DNA from: Anaeromyxobacteraceae bacterium
Lineage (GTDB): Bacteria; Myxococcota; Myxococcia; Myxococcales; Anaeromyxobacteraceae
Reading direction: 5' to 3'
Assembly: GCA_032654565.1 (NCBI GenBank)
Contig: JAULAX010000015.1
Span: 288,001 to 352,000 of the forward strand
Length of the DNA stretch: 64,000 nucleotides
Below, piece by piece: positions 8,389 to 24,061 of the stretch (positions within the stretch are counted from its first letter, which is position 1; each line of letters opens with the position of its first letter). The notes under the pieces are model-generated. The model saw only the letters and a list, made by a program, of their open reading frames with translations. It had not been told where the DNA came from and made no database searches. Both the position numbers and the translations under genes were made by a program.

Positions 8389-9078
8389 ATGGACCAGGTC
8401 TTCGAGCAGGTGCTGCGACGCGGGATCGATTCGCTGGCGCTGGCCGTCGACGAGCCGGCCATCGCGCGGCTGGTCCACTTCGCCGATCGGCTGACCGCCT
8501 GGAACCGCAAGGTGAACCTGACCGCCATCACCGATCCGGCGGAGATGGCGGAGAAGCACTTCCTCGACAGCCTGGTGCTGCTGCCGTCGCTCGACGGACG
8601 GACCACGCTGCTCGACGTGGGGAGCGGGGCCGGGCTGCCGGGGATGGCGCTGGCCTGCGCGCGGCCGGGGCTGCAGGTGACCTGCTGCGACTCGGTGGGG
8701 AAGAAGATGGCCTTCGTGAAGGCCACCTCGGCGGAGCTGGGGCTCGCGGTGCGCGGGCTGCCGGTGCGGGCCACCGGCGACGCGGCGGCGGACGGGCTGC
8801 CGATCTGCGACGCGGTGGTGAGCCGGGCGCTCGCCGACCCGGAGCGGTGGGTGGAACTGGGGGCAGGGTACGTGGCGGAGGGCGGGCTGCTCCTGGCGAT
8901 GCTGGGGAAGGGGGCGGAGCGCACGCACCTCGTGGCGCTGGGGAAGGCGCGAGGGCTGGAGCTGCTGGGCGTCGACCAGTTCGAGCTGCCGTTCTCGCAC
9001 GCCGCCCGGGCGGTGGTCCGCTGGGGTCGACCGACCGTTCCACGTGGAACACCTGGGCTTTCTCCTGACCGAGGGTAA
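8389..9078 (+). CDS. rsmG: 16S rRNA m7G527 methyltransferase RsmG (GidB)
   Basis: [33 protein letters not shown]; upstream of parAB. Confidence 0.95.
   Translation: MDQVFEQVLRRGIDSLALAVDEPAIARLVHFADRLTAWNRKVNLTAITDPAEMAEKHFLDSLVLLPSLDGRTTLLDVGSGAGLPGMALACARPGLQVTCCDSVGKKMAFVKATSAELGLAVRGLPVRATGDAAADGLPICDAVVSRALADPERWVELGAGYVAEGGLLLAMLGKGAERTHLVALGKARGLELLGVDQFELPFSHAARAVVRWGRPTVPRGTPGLSPDRG
9036..9051. promoter_or_regulatory. parS site 1
   Basis: CGTTCCACGTGGAACA, near-perfect parS palindrome inside the 3' end of rsmG. Confidence 0.92.
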
Positions 9079-9080
9079 TC
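9063..9080 (+). repeat. 18-bp dispersed repeat, copy 1
   Basis: TCCTGACCGAGGGTAATC, identical to 27387-27404. Confidence 0.85.
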
Positions 9081-9140
9081 TGCGAATGGTCATTCGCGCT
9101 CCCGTCCGGTAGCGGCCCCACCCCCCGCCCGGGGGAAGAT

Positions 9141-9156
9141 TGTTCCACGTGGAACA
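9141..9156. promoter_or_regulatory. parS site 2
   Basis: Perfect palindrome TGTTCCACGTGGAACA just upstream of parA. Confidence 0.95.
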
Positions 9157-9190
9157 CGGGCTGTCAGAGGGGCAGGGCAGATTGCCCCGC

Positions 9191-9964
9191 ATGAGCCGCA
9201 TCCTGACCATCGCCAACCAGAAGGGCGGCGTTGGCAAGACCACCACCGCCGTCAACCTCGCCGCCTCGCTGGCCGCCGCCGAGCACCGGACCCTGCTCGT
9301 CGACCTCGACCCGCAGGGGAACGCCGGCTCCGCCCTCGGCATCCGCCGCGACGAGTCGGAGCAGTCCATCTACGAGGTGCTCCTCGACGGCCTGCCGCTG
9401 CGCGACGCCATCCGCAAGACCGAGCTCAAGTACCTCGACCTGGTCCCCGCCTCGCAGCACCTGGTCGGCGCCGAGCTGGAGCTGGCGGCCCTGGAAGGGC
9501 GCGAGTCGCGCCTGCGCGCCGCCCTCGCCCCGGTCGAGGCCGACTACGAGTTCATCGTCATCGACTGCCCGCCGTCGCTCGGCCTGCTCACGCTCAACGG
9601 CCTGGTCGCCGCCAGGGGCGTGGTCATCCCGCTGCAGTGCGAGTACTACGCGCTCGAGGGGCTGGCCGACGTGCTCAAGACCATCGAGCTGGTGAAGGGC
9701 TCGGCCAACCCTGACCTCAAGGTGGACGGGATCGTCCTCACCATGTACTCGCCCAACAACCTGGCCAACCAGGTGGCCGAGGAGATCCGGCGGACCTTCC
9801 CCACCCAGGTCTTCCAGACCATCATCCCGCGAAACGTCCGGCTCTCCGAGGCCCCCAGCCACGGCAAGCCCATCCTGCTCTACGACGTCGGCTCGAAGGG
9901 CTGCCAGAGCTACCTCGAGCTGGCCCGCGAAGTGGAACAGCGGCTCCAGGTCGGTGTGGCGTGA
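9191..9964 (+). CDS. parA: chromosome partitioning ATPase ParA/Soj
   Basis: ANQKGGVGKTTT, DLDPQGNA, IDCPPSLG, QCEYYALEG, IPRNVRLSEAPSHG. Confidence 0.97.
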   Translation: MSRILTIANQKGGVGKTTTAVNLAASLAAAEHRTLLVDLDPQGNAGSALGIRRDESEQSIYEVLLDGLPLRDAIRKTELKYLDLVPASQHLVGAELELAALEGRESRLRAALAPVEADYEFIVIDCPPSLGLLTLNGLVAARGVVIPLQCEYYALEGLADVLKTIELVKGSANPDLKVDGIVLTMYSPNNLANQVAEEIRRTFPTQVFQTIIPRNVRLSEAPSHGKPILLYDVGSKGCQSYLELAREVEQRLQVGVA

Positions 9965-10007
9965 GGCCGGCACTCGAAGCACGACAGCAGCTCCAAGGAG
10001 GTGTGGC

Positions 10008-10886
<879 letters not shown>

Positions 10887-11054
10887 CCGGGCCCCGCCGC
10901 CTCCGCCGCGCTTCGCCGGGGCGAGGCCGCAGACCGCACCGACGCGCGAGAGAAGCGCCCCCCGGCGGGGTAGACTTCTCCGCGAGACCGATGCTACGAA
11001 CCGACTCCCTTCCGGCGACGACCTCCTGCGCCGAACACGGTGGAGACCGACCAC

Positions 11055-11483
11055 ATGGCCATGCTGAAGCGTGAAGAGCTGACCGCCGTCCCGGGCACCG
11101 CCGCCGGGAGCGACCTCAACGCCCTGCTGGGGCGCGGCTCCGAGTTCGAGGGGAAGCTCACCTTCGAGGGGACCGTCCGGATCGACGGCAAGTTCAACGG
11201 CACCATCATCACCAACGACGTCCTGGTGGTGGGCGAGGGGGCCAAGATCGCCGCCGAGATCACCTGCGGGACCATCATCGTCCACGGCGAGATCAGCGGG
11301 AACATCAAGGCCAAGACGCTGGTCGAGCTGCACCACCCGGCCAAGATGCGCGGCAACGTCGAGACCCCCATCCTCATGGTGGAGAAGGGGGTCATCTTCG
11401 AGGGGCAGACCAAGATGGAAGGGGTCGAGCGGGCCGCCCCCAAGGCGACGCTGACGCCGGTCGGGAACCTCCCCAACCGATAA
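11055..11483 (+). CDS. bacM: bactofilin (BacM-like cytoskeletal protein)
   Basis: LLGRGSEFEGKLTFEGTVRIDGKFNGTI...GVIFEG beta-helix repeats; directly after parB as in myxobacteria. Confidence 0.85.
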   Translation: MAMLKREELTAVPGTAAGSDLNALLGRGSEFEGKLTFEGTVRIDGKFNGTIITNDVLVVGEGAKIAAEITCGTIIVHGEISGNIKAKTLVELHHPAKMRGNVETPILMVEKGVIFEGQTKMEGVERAAPKATLTPVGNLPNR

Positions 11484-11509
11484 CGCGTCGCGTTATCCCC
11501 GAAGCAGAC

Positions 11510-11539
11510 AGGGCGGGCCCGGTCCACCGAGCCCGCCCT
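11510..11539. terminator. hairpin between convergent bacM and hsp20
   Basis: AGGGCGGGC...GCCCGCCCT inverted repeat. Confidence 0.55.
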
Positions 11540-11570
11540 CGCCGTCCGGTCGCTTCGTCCGTTGCTGCGG

Positions 11571-12008
11571 TCAGCTCACCTTCACCTGGATGGGGCGAGG
11601 CTTGGCCTCCGCCTTCTTCGGCAGGCTGACGGTGAGCACGCCGTTCTTCGACTCGGCGCGGATCTTCTCCACGTCCACCGTCCCGGGGAGCGAGAAGGAG
11701 CGGCTGAACGAGCCGTACTGCATCTCGATCCGGTGGTAGGCGTCCTTCTTCTCCTCCTTCTCCAGCTTCCGCTCGCCGCGCATGGTGAGCATGCCGTTCT
11801 CGAAGCGGATGTCGACGTCCTTGGGGTCGACGCCGGCCAGCTCGAAGCGGACCGTGACGCCGTCGCCGTCCTCGAAGATGTCGCAGGCCGGGGCCCAGCC
11901 CACCGACTCGCCGTTGGACAGGCCGAGCCGATCGTCGAAGCTGCGGGTGAGCACGTCCTGGAGCCTGAACAGGTCCCTGAAGGGGTCATACCGTGTGAGC
12001 ATCGCCAT
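11571..12008 (-). CDS. small heat shock protein (Hsp20/alpha-crystallin family)
   Basis: WAPACDIFE, ELAGVDPKDV, YGSFSRSFSLP, KNGVLTVSLPK, IQV; AAGGAGG RBS; TTGACA-16bp-TACGTT upstream. Confidence 0.95.
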   Translation of the reverse strand: MAMLTRYDPFRDLFRLQDVLTRSFDDRLGLSNGESVGWAPACDIFEDGDGVTVRFELAGVDPKDVDIRFENGMLTMRGERKLEKEEKKDAYHRIEMQYGSFSRSFSLPGTVDVEKIRAESKNGVLTVSLPKKAEAKPRPIQVKVS

Positions 12009-12154
12009 GATTTTCGTCCTCCTTTTGGCAGTGCGCCGGACACCCGCAACGTAAGCAGGGTCGGGGCCCTGTCAAACACGGTCCAAGTGCTCGGAACGCC
12101 GGGGCAATCGCCCTTGACCGTTCGCTGGGGGGTGTGCTAACCAGCGCTCCCCTT

Positions 12155-12694
12155 ATGATCCTTGGGTCCATCGCTCGCCGCTACGCCAAGGCGCTCTTCA
12201 GCCTCGCAGTCGAGAAGGGCCGCATCGAGGCCTGGAACGACAGCCTCCACGCCCTCGGCCAGGCCGTCGACGCCTCCGCCGAGCTGCGCGACGTGCTGCA
12301 GAACCCGGCCTACACCCGCGAGGCCCGGGCCGCCGTGGTGGGGCAGCTGGCCGCGACCCTGAAGCTGGACGCCGAGCCGACCTCGCTGCTGCAGCTGCTC
12401 GGCGAGCGCAACCGGCTCTCCGGCCTCTCCGCCATCGTCGGCGCCTACCGCGAGCTGGCCGACGCCGAGCTCGGCCGGCTGCGCGCCAAGGTCACCAGCG
12501 CCGTGCCGCTCGACGACGCCGCCATCCACGCCATCGCCGAGAAGCTCTCGGCCGCCACCAGGAAGCAGGTCCTCGTCGAACGCGCCGTCGACCCCGCCAT
12601 CCTCGGCGGCGTGGTGGCGCAGGTGGGGAGCGTGGTCTACGACGGCTCGCTCCGCACCCAGCTCGAGGACCTCCGCAGCACCCTCAAGCGGTAG
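12155..12694 (+). CDS. atpH: ATP synthase F1 subunit delta
   Basis: [27 protein letters not shown]...YDGSLRTQL. Confidence 0.95.
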   Translation: MILGSIARRYAKALFSLAVEKGRIEAWNDSLHALGQAVDASAELRDVLQNPAYTREARAAVVGQLAATLKLDAEPTSLLQLLGERNRLSGLSAIVGAYRELADAELGRLRAKVTSAVPLDDAAIHAIAEKLSAATRKQVLVERAVDPAILGGVVAQVGSVVYDGSLRTQLEDLRSTLKR

Positions 12695-12731
12695 CCACAC
12701 CTTTCCGGACTCCCCAGGGAGACAGCTCGCA

Positions 12732-14258
<1,527 letters not shown>

Positions 14259-14295
14259 CCGGGGTCGTCCCTCCCGGCCTCGAACGAGGACGCAC

Positions 14296-15168
14296 GTGCC
14301 CTCACTGCGCGACATCCGAAACCGGATCACCTCGGTCAAGAGCACGAGGCAGATCACCAAGGCCATGAAGATGGTGGCCGCGGCCAAGCTGCGCCGTGCC
14401 CAGGACGCCGTCCTCAAGACCCGCCCCTACGCCCAGCTCCTCGACAAGGCGCTCGGCCGCGTCGCCGCCCGCGCCGCCGCCGAGGAGTCGGCCACCATCC
14501 ACCCGCTGCTGGCCCCGCGGGTGGCCCGGGTGGCCGAGGTGGTGGTCATCACCAGCGACCGCGGCCTGGCCGGCGGCTTCAACTCCAACATCATCCGCCG
14601 CACCCAGCGCTTCCTCACCGAGAGCGGCGACACCTACGAGCGCATCGACCTCGGCACCATCGGCCGCAAGGCCAAGGACTTCCTGCGGGCCCGCAAGCTG
14701 GCCGTCCGCAAGGACTACCCCGGCGTCCACCAGGGGCTGACCTACGAGAAGGCCGAGGCCATCGCCCAGGAGTACGTCAAGCGCTACCTGGCCGGCGAGG
14801 TCGACGCCGTCTTCCTCTGCTACAACGAGTTCAAGTCGGCCATCGCCCAGACCCCGGTGGTGGTGCACCTGCTGCCGCTGCAGCCCCCGGCCGTCGAGGC
14901 CGAGGCCGCCGTCGACTTCGTCTACGAGCCCAGCCGCGACGCCCTGCTGGCCGAGCTGCTGCCGCGCCACGTCGCCATGCAGGTCTGGCGGGCGCTCCTC
15001 GAATCAGCCGCCTCCGAACACGGCGCTCGCATGAGCGCCATGGAGTCGGCCACCAAGAACGCCGAGGAGATGATCGCGGCGCTCACCCTCCAGTACAACC
15101 GCGCGCGCCAGGCCTACGTCACCAAGGAGCTCATGGAGATCGTGGGCGGCGCCGAGGCGCTCAAGTAG
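14296..15168 (+). CDS. atpG: ATP synthase F1 subunit gamma
   Basis: [56 protein letters not shown]. Confidence 0.98.
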   Translation: MPSLRDIRNRITSVKSTRQITKAMKMVAAAKLRRAQDAVLKTRPYAQLLDKALGRVAARAAAEESATIHPLLAPRVARVAEVVVITSDRGLAGGFNSNIIRRTQRFLTESGDTYERIDLGTIGRKAKDFLRARKLAVRKDYPGVHQGLTYEKAEAIAQEYVKRYLAGEVDAVFLCYNEFKSAIAQTPVVVHLLPLQPPAVEAEAAVDFVYEPSRDALLAELLPRHVAMQVWRALLESAASEHGARMSAMESATKNAEEMIAALTLQYNRARQAYVTKELMEIVGGAEALK

Positions 15169-15175
15169 CCACTGA

Positions 15176-16633
<1,458 letters not shown>

Positions 16634-16636
16634 CCG

Positions 16637-17035
16637 ATGGCGCTCACCCTCGACATCGTCACGCCAGAGCGGCGCGTGCTCTCGGTCACCTGCGACGAGG
16701 TGCGCGCCCCCGGCGTGCTCGGCGGCTTCGGCATCCGTCGCGGCCACACCAGCTTCATGAGCGCCCTCGAGCCCGGCCGGCTCACCTACGTCGAAGGCGG
16801 CCGCGAGCACCACCTGGCGGTGGGCGGCGGCTTCCTGCAGGTGGCCGACGACAAGATCATGGTGCTGGCCGACAGCGCCGAGGCCGCGGCCGACATCGAC
16901 CTCGACCGCGCCCAGCGCGCCCTCGCCGACGCCAGCGAGAAGCTGAAGAAGCTGGGCGTCGACGACCGCAGCCACGCCGAGGAGGCCGCGCGGGTCCGCC
17001 GCGCCGCCGCCCGCATCGGCATCGCCGGGAAGTAG
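16637..17035 (+). CDS. atpC: ATP synthase F1 subunit epsilon
   Basis: LDIVTPER, PGVLGGFGI...H, GGFLQV, IDLDRA. Confidence 0.96.
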   Translation: MALTLDIVTPERRVLSVTCDEVRAPGVLGGFGIRRGHTSFMSALEPGRLTYVEGGREHHLAVGGGFLQVADDKIMVLADSAEAAADIDLDRAQRALADASEKLKKLGVDDRSHAEEAARVRRAAARIGIAGK

Positions 17036-18298
17036 TCAGCCCGCCGCGGTCGGCGCCGGACCCGTCGCCGGCTCCGACTCGAGCTGGAGATCCGGCGCCG
17101 TGATCAGCCGCCGGCGCGGCAGGTGGATGCGGAAGACCGCCCCGCCACCCGGCGGCGACTCGACGATGATCTCGCCGCCGAGGCCGTGGATGATCCCCCA
17201 GGCCACCGAGAGCCCCAGCCCGGAGCCCTGCCCCTGCGGGCGGGTGCTGTAGAACGGGTCGAAGATGCGCGGCAGCACCTCCGGCGGGATGCCGGGGCCG
17301 CTGTCGGCCAGCATGATCTCGACGCCGACGTTGAGCTGGACCACCCGGATGGTGACCGTCCCGCCCGGCCCAGCGGCCAGCACGGCGTTCTCGAAGACCG
17401 GCACCAGCCCCTGGTGCAGCAGCCGGCCCATCGAGGCGATGGGCGGCCCCGGCTCCACCTGCAGGTCGATGCGCGGCATGGCCGGGGTGCGGGCCCCCAC
17501 CACCAGCAGGGCGTGGTCGACCGCCTCGGCCGGGTCGATGGTCTCCTCGGCCGGCACGTCGGGGCTGGAGATGACGCGCAGGTCGGCAGCGATCCGCTCC
17601 AGCCGCATGCTGGCCCCGGAGATCTCGCCGGACAGGTCGCCCACCTCGGCCAGCGCCGCCGCCAGCGTGGCCGAGGGCTGCTCGCCGGAGGGGACCGCCA
17701 GCCGGGCGATCTCCGCCACCGCCCCGGCCAGCGCCCCGGCGCTCGACTTGATGCAGGAGAGCGGGTTGTTGATCTGGTGGGCCAGCCCGGCCGCCAGGGT
17801 GCCGACGCTGGCCAGCTTGCCGGTCAGCACCAGCCGGTCCTGCGCCGTGCGCAGCGCCTCGTTGACCCGCTGCAGCTCGGCCGAGCGGGCCGCCAGCGCC
17901 TGGTTGGCCCGGCGCAGCCGGAGCAGGGAGGCCACCCGCGCCAGCAGCTCGCGCTCCTTGAGCGGCTTGTGCAGGTAGTCGTCGGCGCCGGCCTCCAGGC
18001 CGGTGACCCGGCCGGCCGGGTCGGGCACGCCGGTGATGAGGATGAAGGGGACCTCGGCCAGCCCCGGCCGCTCCCGCACCACCCGGCACAGGTCGGCGCC
18101 GGACATCCCCGGCAACCAGAGGTCGCAGATGATCAGGTCGGGCGCGAACCCCGGGGCCACCACCAGCGCCTCCTCGGCGGTCACCGCGGTGAGCACCTGG
18201 TGGGCCGGCTCCAGCAGCCGCTGCACCACCGCCCGCAGCGTGGCCGAGTCGTCGACGACGAGGACCCGGGGGAGCGGCGGTGGGGTGGTGACGGGCAT
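17036..18298 (-). CDS. hybrid response regulator-histidine kinase (REC-HisKA-HATPase)
   Basis: VLVVDD, DLIICD, GADDYLHKP; AHQINNPL H-box; DSGPGI, FDPFYSTR, GSGLGL. Start uncertain. Confidence 0.9.
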   Translation of the reverse strand: MPVTTPPPLPRVLVVDDSATLRAVVQRLLEPAHQVLTAVTAEEALVVAPGFAPDLIICDLWLPGMSGADLCRVVRERPGLAEVPFILITGVPDPAGRVTGLEAGADDYLHKPLKERELLARVASLLRLRRANQALAARSAELQRVNEALRTAQDRLVLTGKLASVGTLAAGLAHQINNPLSCIKSSAGALAGAVAEIARLAVPSGEQPSATLAAALAEVGDLSGEISGASMRLERIAADLRVISSPDVPAEETIDPAEAVDHALLVVGARTPAMPRIDLQVEPGPPIASMGRLLHQGLVPVFENAVLAAGPGGTVTIRVVQLNVGVEIMLADSGPGIPPEVLPRIFDPFYSTRPQGQGSGLGLSVAWGIIHGLGGEIIVESPPGGGAVFRIHLPRRRLITAPDLQLESEPATGPAPTAAG

Positions 18299-18500
18299 GG
18301 CGTGGGGCGGGCGGGGCTCCGGGACGGGCCTGGGGACCGACACAAGGTACCACTCCCGGCAGGCCGCGAAACGCGGCAAAAAGGGACGCCTCCAAACGAG
18401 CCAATCGCATTGAGATAATTGGGTTTATCGGCTAGAACAGCACCACGCCACGGGCCCCGTTCTGGTCACTCCGAACCGCCCGTGAGAGAGCCCGACGACG

Positions 18501-21148
<2,648 letters not shown>

Positions 21149-21152
<4 letters not shown>

Positions 21153-22042
21153 TCGCCGCCGGCACCACGGGACGCGCCGCCGCCGCCCTGGCGCTGGCCG
21201 GCCTGCTGCTGGCGCTCCCCGGCTGCACCTCGCCGGAGGCGGTGGTCGAGGCGGCCGCCCAGCTGCGCCAGCGCAACCAGCCCAAGGCGGCGCTGGAGAA
21301 GCTGCAGCTGCTGCTGGCCTCGCTGGGGGAGGGGCCGCTACCGGCCGCCCAGGCCGCGGTGCGGCTCCGGGCCCTGCGCGCCGCCGCCGACGTCGCCTAC
21401 CTGGAGCTGGGCGACTACGCCGGCGCCATCGCCTACTACCGCCGGCTCATCTCGCTGCACCCCGGCAGCCCGGAGGCCTACCAGGCCCGCGCCATCATCG
21501 GCGACATCTTCCGCGACCGCTTCCAGGACCGGCAGGCGGCCATCGCCCAGTACGCCGACATCGCCGCCAGCGACGCCCCGCAGGCGGCCGCCTTCCAGCT
21601 CCGCGTCGCCCGCGAGTACCTGGAGCTGGGCAACGCCGAGCAGGCCCGCGCCGAGGCCCGGGCCCTGCGCGAGCGCTGGCCGGCCAGCACCGAGAACGAC
21701 GAGGCCCAGCTGCTCACCGCCCAGGCCTGGGCCCTCGACCACCACGACGAGGAGGGGGTGCGCGCCTTCCAGGCGCTCATCGACCGGCGGCCGGCGCCGG
21801 AGCTGGTGGCCCGCGCCCAGGAGGGGCAGGCCGGGCTCTACGCCCTGCTCGGCAAGTTCGACCGCGCCCTCGACCTCTACGCCCAGGCCCTGCCGCACCA
21901 CCCCAACCCGCAGGCCATCCTCACCAACATCGAGGCGGTCCGCCGGCGCAAGGAGGCGGCCCGCACCGTCACCCCCGGCGACCGCAACCAGGCCTTCGAC
22001 TACGGACACCCCAAGCTGCCCGACCGCGAGATCACCCCATGA
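21149..22042 (+). CDS. TPR-repeat lipoprotein
   Basis: Signal with LPGC lipobox; repeated TPR-like helices; overlaps the gyrA stop and the hemL start. Confidence 0.8.
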
Positions 22043-23334
22043 AGACCGACCTCTCAGAGAAGCTCTTCGCCAAGGCCAACACCCTCTTCCCCGGCGGCGT
22101 CAACTCGCCGGTCCGCGCCTTCAAGGGGGTGGGCGGCACCCCCCGCTTCATCGCCCGCGGCCGCGGCGCCCACATGTACGACGTCGACGGCAACGACTAC
22201 GTCGACTACGTGCTCTCCTGGGGGCCGCTCATCGCCGGCCACTGCGCCCCCGAGGTGATGCGCGAGGTGCAGGAGGCGCTGCGGGAAGGCTCCAGCTTCG
22301 GCGCCCCCAGCCCCAAGGAGATCCAGCTGGCCGAGCTGGTCCAGGCCCGCGCCCCCTGGATCGAGAAGATGCGCTTCTGCTCCTCCGGCACCGAGGCCAC
22401 CACCGCCGCCATCCGCGTCGCCCGCGGCTTCACCGGCCGTGACGACCTGGTCAAGTTCGACGGCTGCTACCACGGCGCCGGCGATCCCCTGCTGGTCAAG
22501 GCCGGCTCCGGGGTGGAGACGCTCGGCCTGCCCGACTCGCCCGGGGTCCCGGCCGACGTGGCCAGGCACACCCTGACCGCCCCCTACAACGACCTGCCGG
22601 CGCTCGAGGCGCTCTTCGGCAAGCACGGCGCCACCATCGCCGCCGTCATCATCGAGCCGGTGGTCGGCAACATGGGCGTGATCGTGCCGAAGCCGGGCTA
22701 CCTGCAGGCCATCCACGACCTGTGCAGGAAGCACGGCGCCCTCTTCATCGTCGACGAGGTGATGACCGGCTTCCGGCTCGGCGTCGGCGGCGCCTGCGGC
22801 CTCTTCGGGCTGCGCCCCGACCTGGTCACCTTCGGCAAGGTGATCGGCGGCGGCCTGCCGGTGGGGGCCTTCGGCGGCCGCGCCGACGTCATGGACCGGG
22901 TGGCGCCGGCCGGCCCCATCTACCAGGCCGGCACGCTCTCCGGGAACCCGCTGGCCATGGCCGCCGGGATGGCCACGCTGAGGCTGATGCCGCCGGCCGC
23001 CTACGCCCTGCTCGAGGCCCGCGGGGCGGCGCTGGCGGAAGGGCTGCTCGCCGCCGCCGCCGGGGCCGGGGTGCCGGTGCAGCTCAACCGGGTCGGCTCG
23101 ATGCTGACCGTCTTCTTCACCGCCACGCCGGTCACCGACGCCGCCACCGCCCGGCTCGCCTCGACGAAGCGGTTCGGCGCCTTCTTCCACGCCCTGCTGG
23201 AGAACGGGGTCTACTTCCCGCCCTCCCAGTTCGAGTCGGCCTTCCTCTCCACGGCGCACTCCGAGGCCGACCTGGACCTGACGCTCCGCGCCGCGAAAAT
23301 CGCCTTCGCGGCCGCCGCAAAGATCGAGGGATGA
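22039..23334 (+). CDS. hemL: glutamate-1-semialdehyde 2,1-aminomutase
   Basis: PGGVNSPVRAF, SGTEAT, DEVMTGFR, GKVIGGGLPVGA, YQAGTLSGNPLA, PPSQFE. Confidence 0.98.
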   Translation: MKTDLSEKLFAKANTLFPGGVNSPVRAFKGVGGTPRFIARGRGAHMYDVDGNDYVDYVLSWGPLIAGHCAPEVMREVQEALREGSSFGAPSPKEIQLAELVQARAPWIEKMRFCSSGTEATTAAIRVARGFTGRDDLVKFDGCYHGAGDPLLVKAGSGVETLGLPDSPGVPADVARHTLTAPYNDLPALEALFGKHGATIAAVIIEPVVGNMGVIVPKPGYLQAIHDLCRKHGALFIVDEVMTGFRLGVGGACGLFGLRPDLVTFGKVIGGGLPVGAFGGRADVMDRVAPAGPIYQAGTLSGNPLAMAAGMATLRLMPPAAYALLEARGAALAEGLLAAAAGAGVPVQLNRVGSMLTVFFTATPVTDAATARLASTKRFGAFFHALLENGVYFPPSQFESAFLSTAHSEADLDLTLRAAKIAFAAAAKIEG

Positions 23335-23385
23335 CGGGTGGTTGCCTCCGCTGGCCGCAGCCCTCCAGGCCCGGGCCGTCGATCG

Positions 23386-23415
23386 TTGACGGATCGGGTT
23401 TGGCCCTGCTATACG
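23386..23415 (+). promoter_or_regulatory. putative promoter of the Fo operon
   Basis: TTGACG-18bp-TATACG with extended TG. Confidence 0.55.
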
Positions 23416-23453
23416 GGCGTCCCGCCAGAGCAGCGAAGCAGCGGACGTCCTTC

Positions 23454-23699
23454 ATGATTTCCGGAAAAGGGAGTGCGGGGAGCAGTCTCGCCGAGGCGTA
23501 TCGCAAGGCGGCGCCGTACACCGCCGCCTCGACGAGCCTGGTGATCGCGGTGGGCGGGTGCACCTGGCTCGGGCACCTGGCCGATGGCTGGTTCGAGCTG
23601 CGGACGCCCTGGCTGACCATCGTCGGCGCGGGGCTGGGCATGCTGGTCGGCTTCATCAGCTTCTTCAGGCAGGTCCTGGGACCGAGGAAAGAACCGTGA
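23454..23699 (+). CDS. AtpZ/gene-1 family small membrane protein
   Basis: Two hydrophobic helices with the [16 protein letters not shown] pattern; first gene of the Fo cluster. Confidence 0.8.
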   Translation: MISGKGSAGSSLAEAYRKAAPYTAASTSLVIAVGGCTWLGHLADGWFELRTPWLTIVGAGLGMLVGFISFFRQVLGPRKEP

Positions 23700-24061
23700 A
23701 GTTCCCGCTCATCGCCGCCGCCGCCGCCGCCGCCTTCATCGGCCTCGCCGCCGCTGCGGGCGAGCACCGCTTCGGCGCGCTGGTCGGTTCGGCCATCGCC
23801 GGGCTGACCGGCCTCGCCACCATCATCGCCCTCGGCTTCACCGCCCGGGCCGCCCGCCCCACCCACGGGGCGCTGGCGGTGGTGGTGGTCGGCTTCCTGG
23901 TCCGCCTGGTCCTGCTGGCCCTCGGCACCGTCGCCGTGGTCCGGGGCGGCGGCGACGTCATCGCCTTCGTCATCGCCTTCTTCGTCCCGTTCTTCGCCTT
24001 CGTGGCCCTCGAGGCCACCTACGTCCACACCCTGCGTCAGCCTGGGGAAACGACCGCATGA
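23696..24061 (+). CDS. ATP synthase protein I-like membrane protein
   Basis: About four TM helices; GTGA and ATGA overlaps with both neighbours; sits before atpB. Confidence 0.7.
   Translation: MKFPLIAAAAAAAFIGLAAAAGEHRFGALVGSAIAGLTGLATIIALGFTARAARPTHGALAVVVVGFLVRLVLLALGTVAVVRGGGDVIAFVIAFFVPFFAFVALEATYVHTLRQPGETTA

Noticed and set aside
9928..9940. Third parS inside parA (AAGTGGAACA)
   Set aside because: Half-site only, with no palindromic partner.
12009..12154. CIRCE (HrcA operator) upstream of hsp20 or atpH
   Set aside because: Only half-site-like matches (CACTGCCAA on minus, GTGTGCTAA on plus); the partner half 9 nt away does not match.
18390..18440. AT-rich patch upstream of gyrA as an Xer dif site, IHF site or DUE
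   Set aside because: No convincing XerC/XerD arms, only a weak IHF match and no DnaA boxes; probably a promoter-associated AT tract with a short CCAAT/ATTGG inverted repeat.
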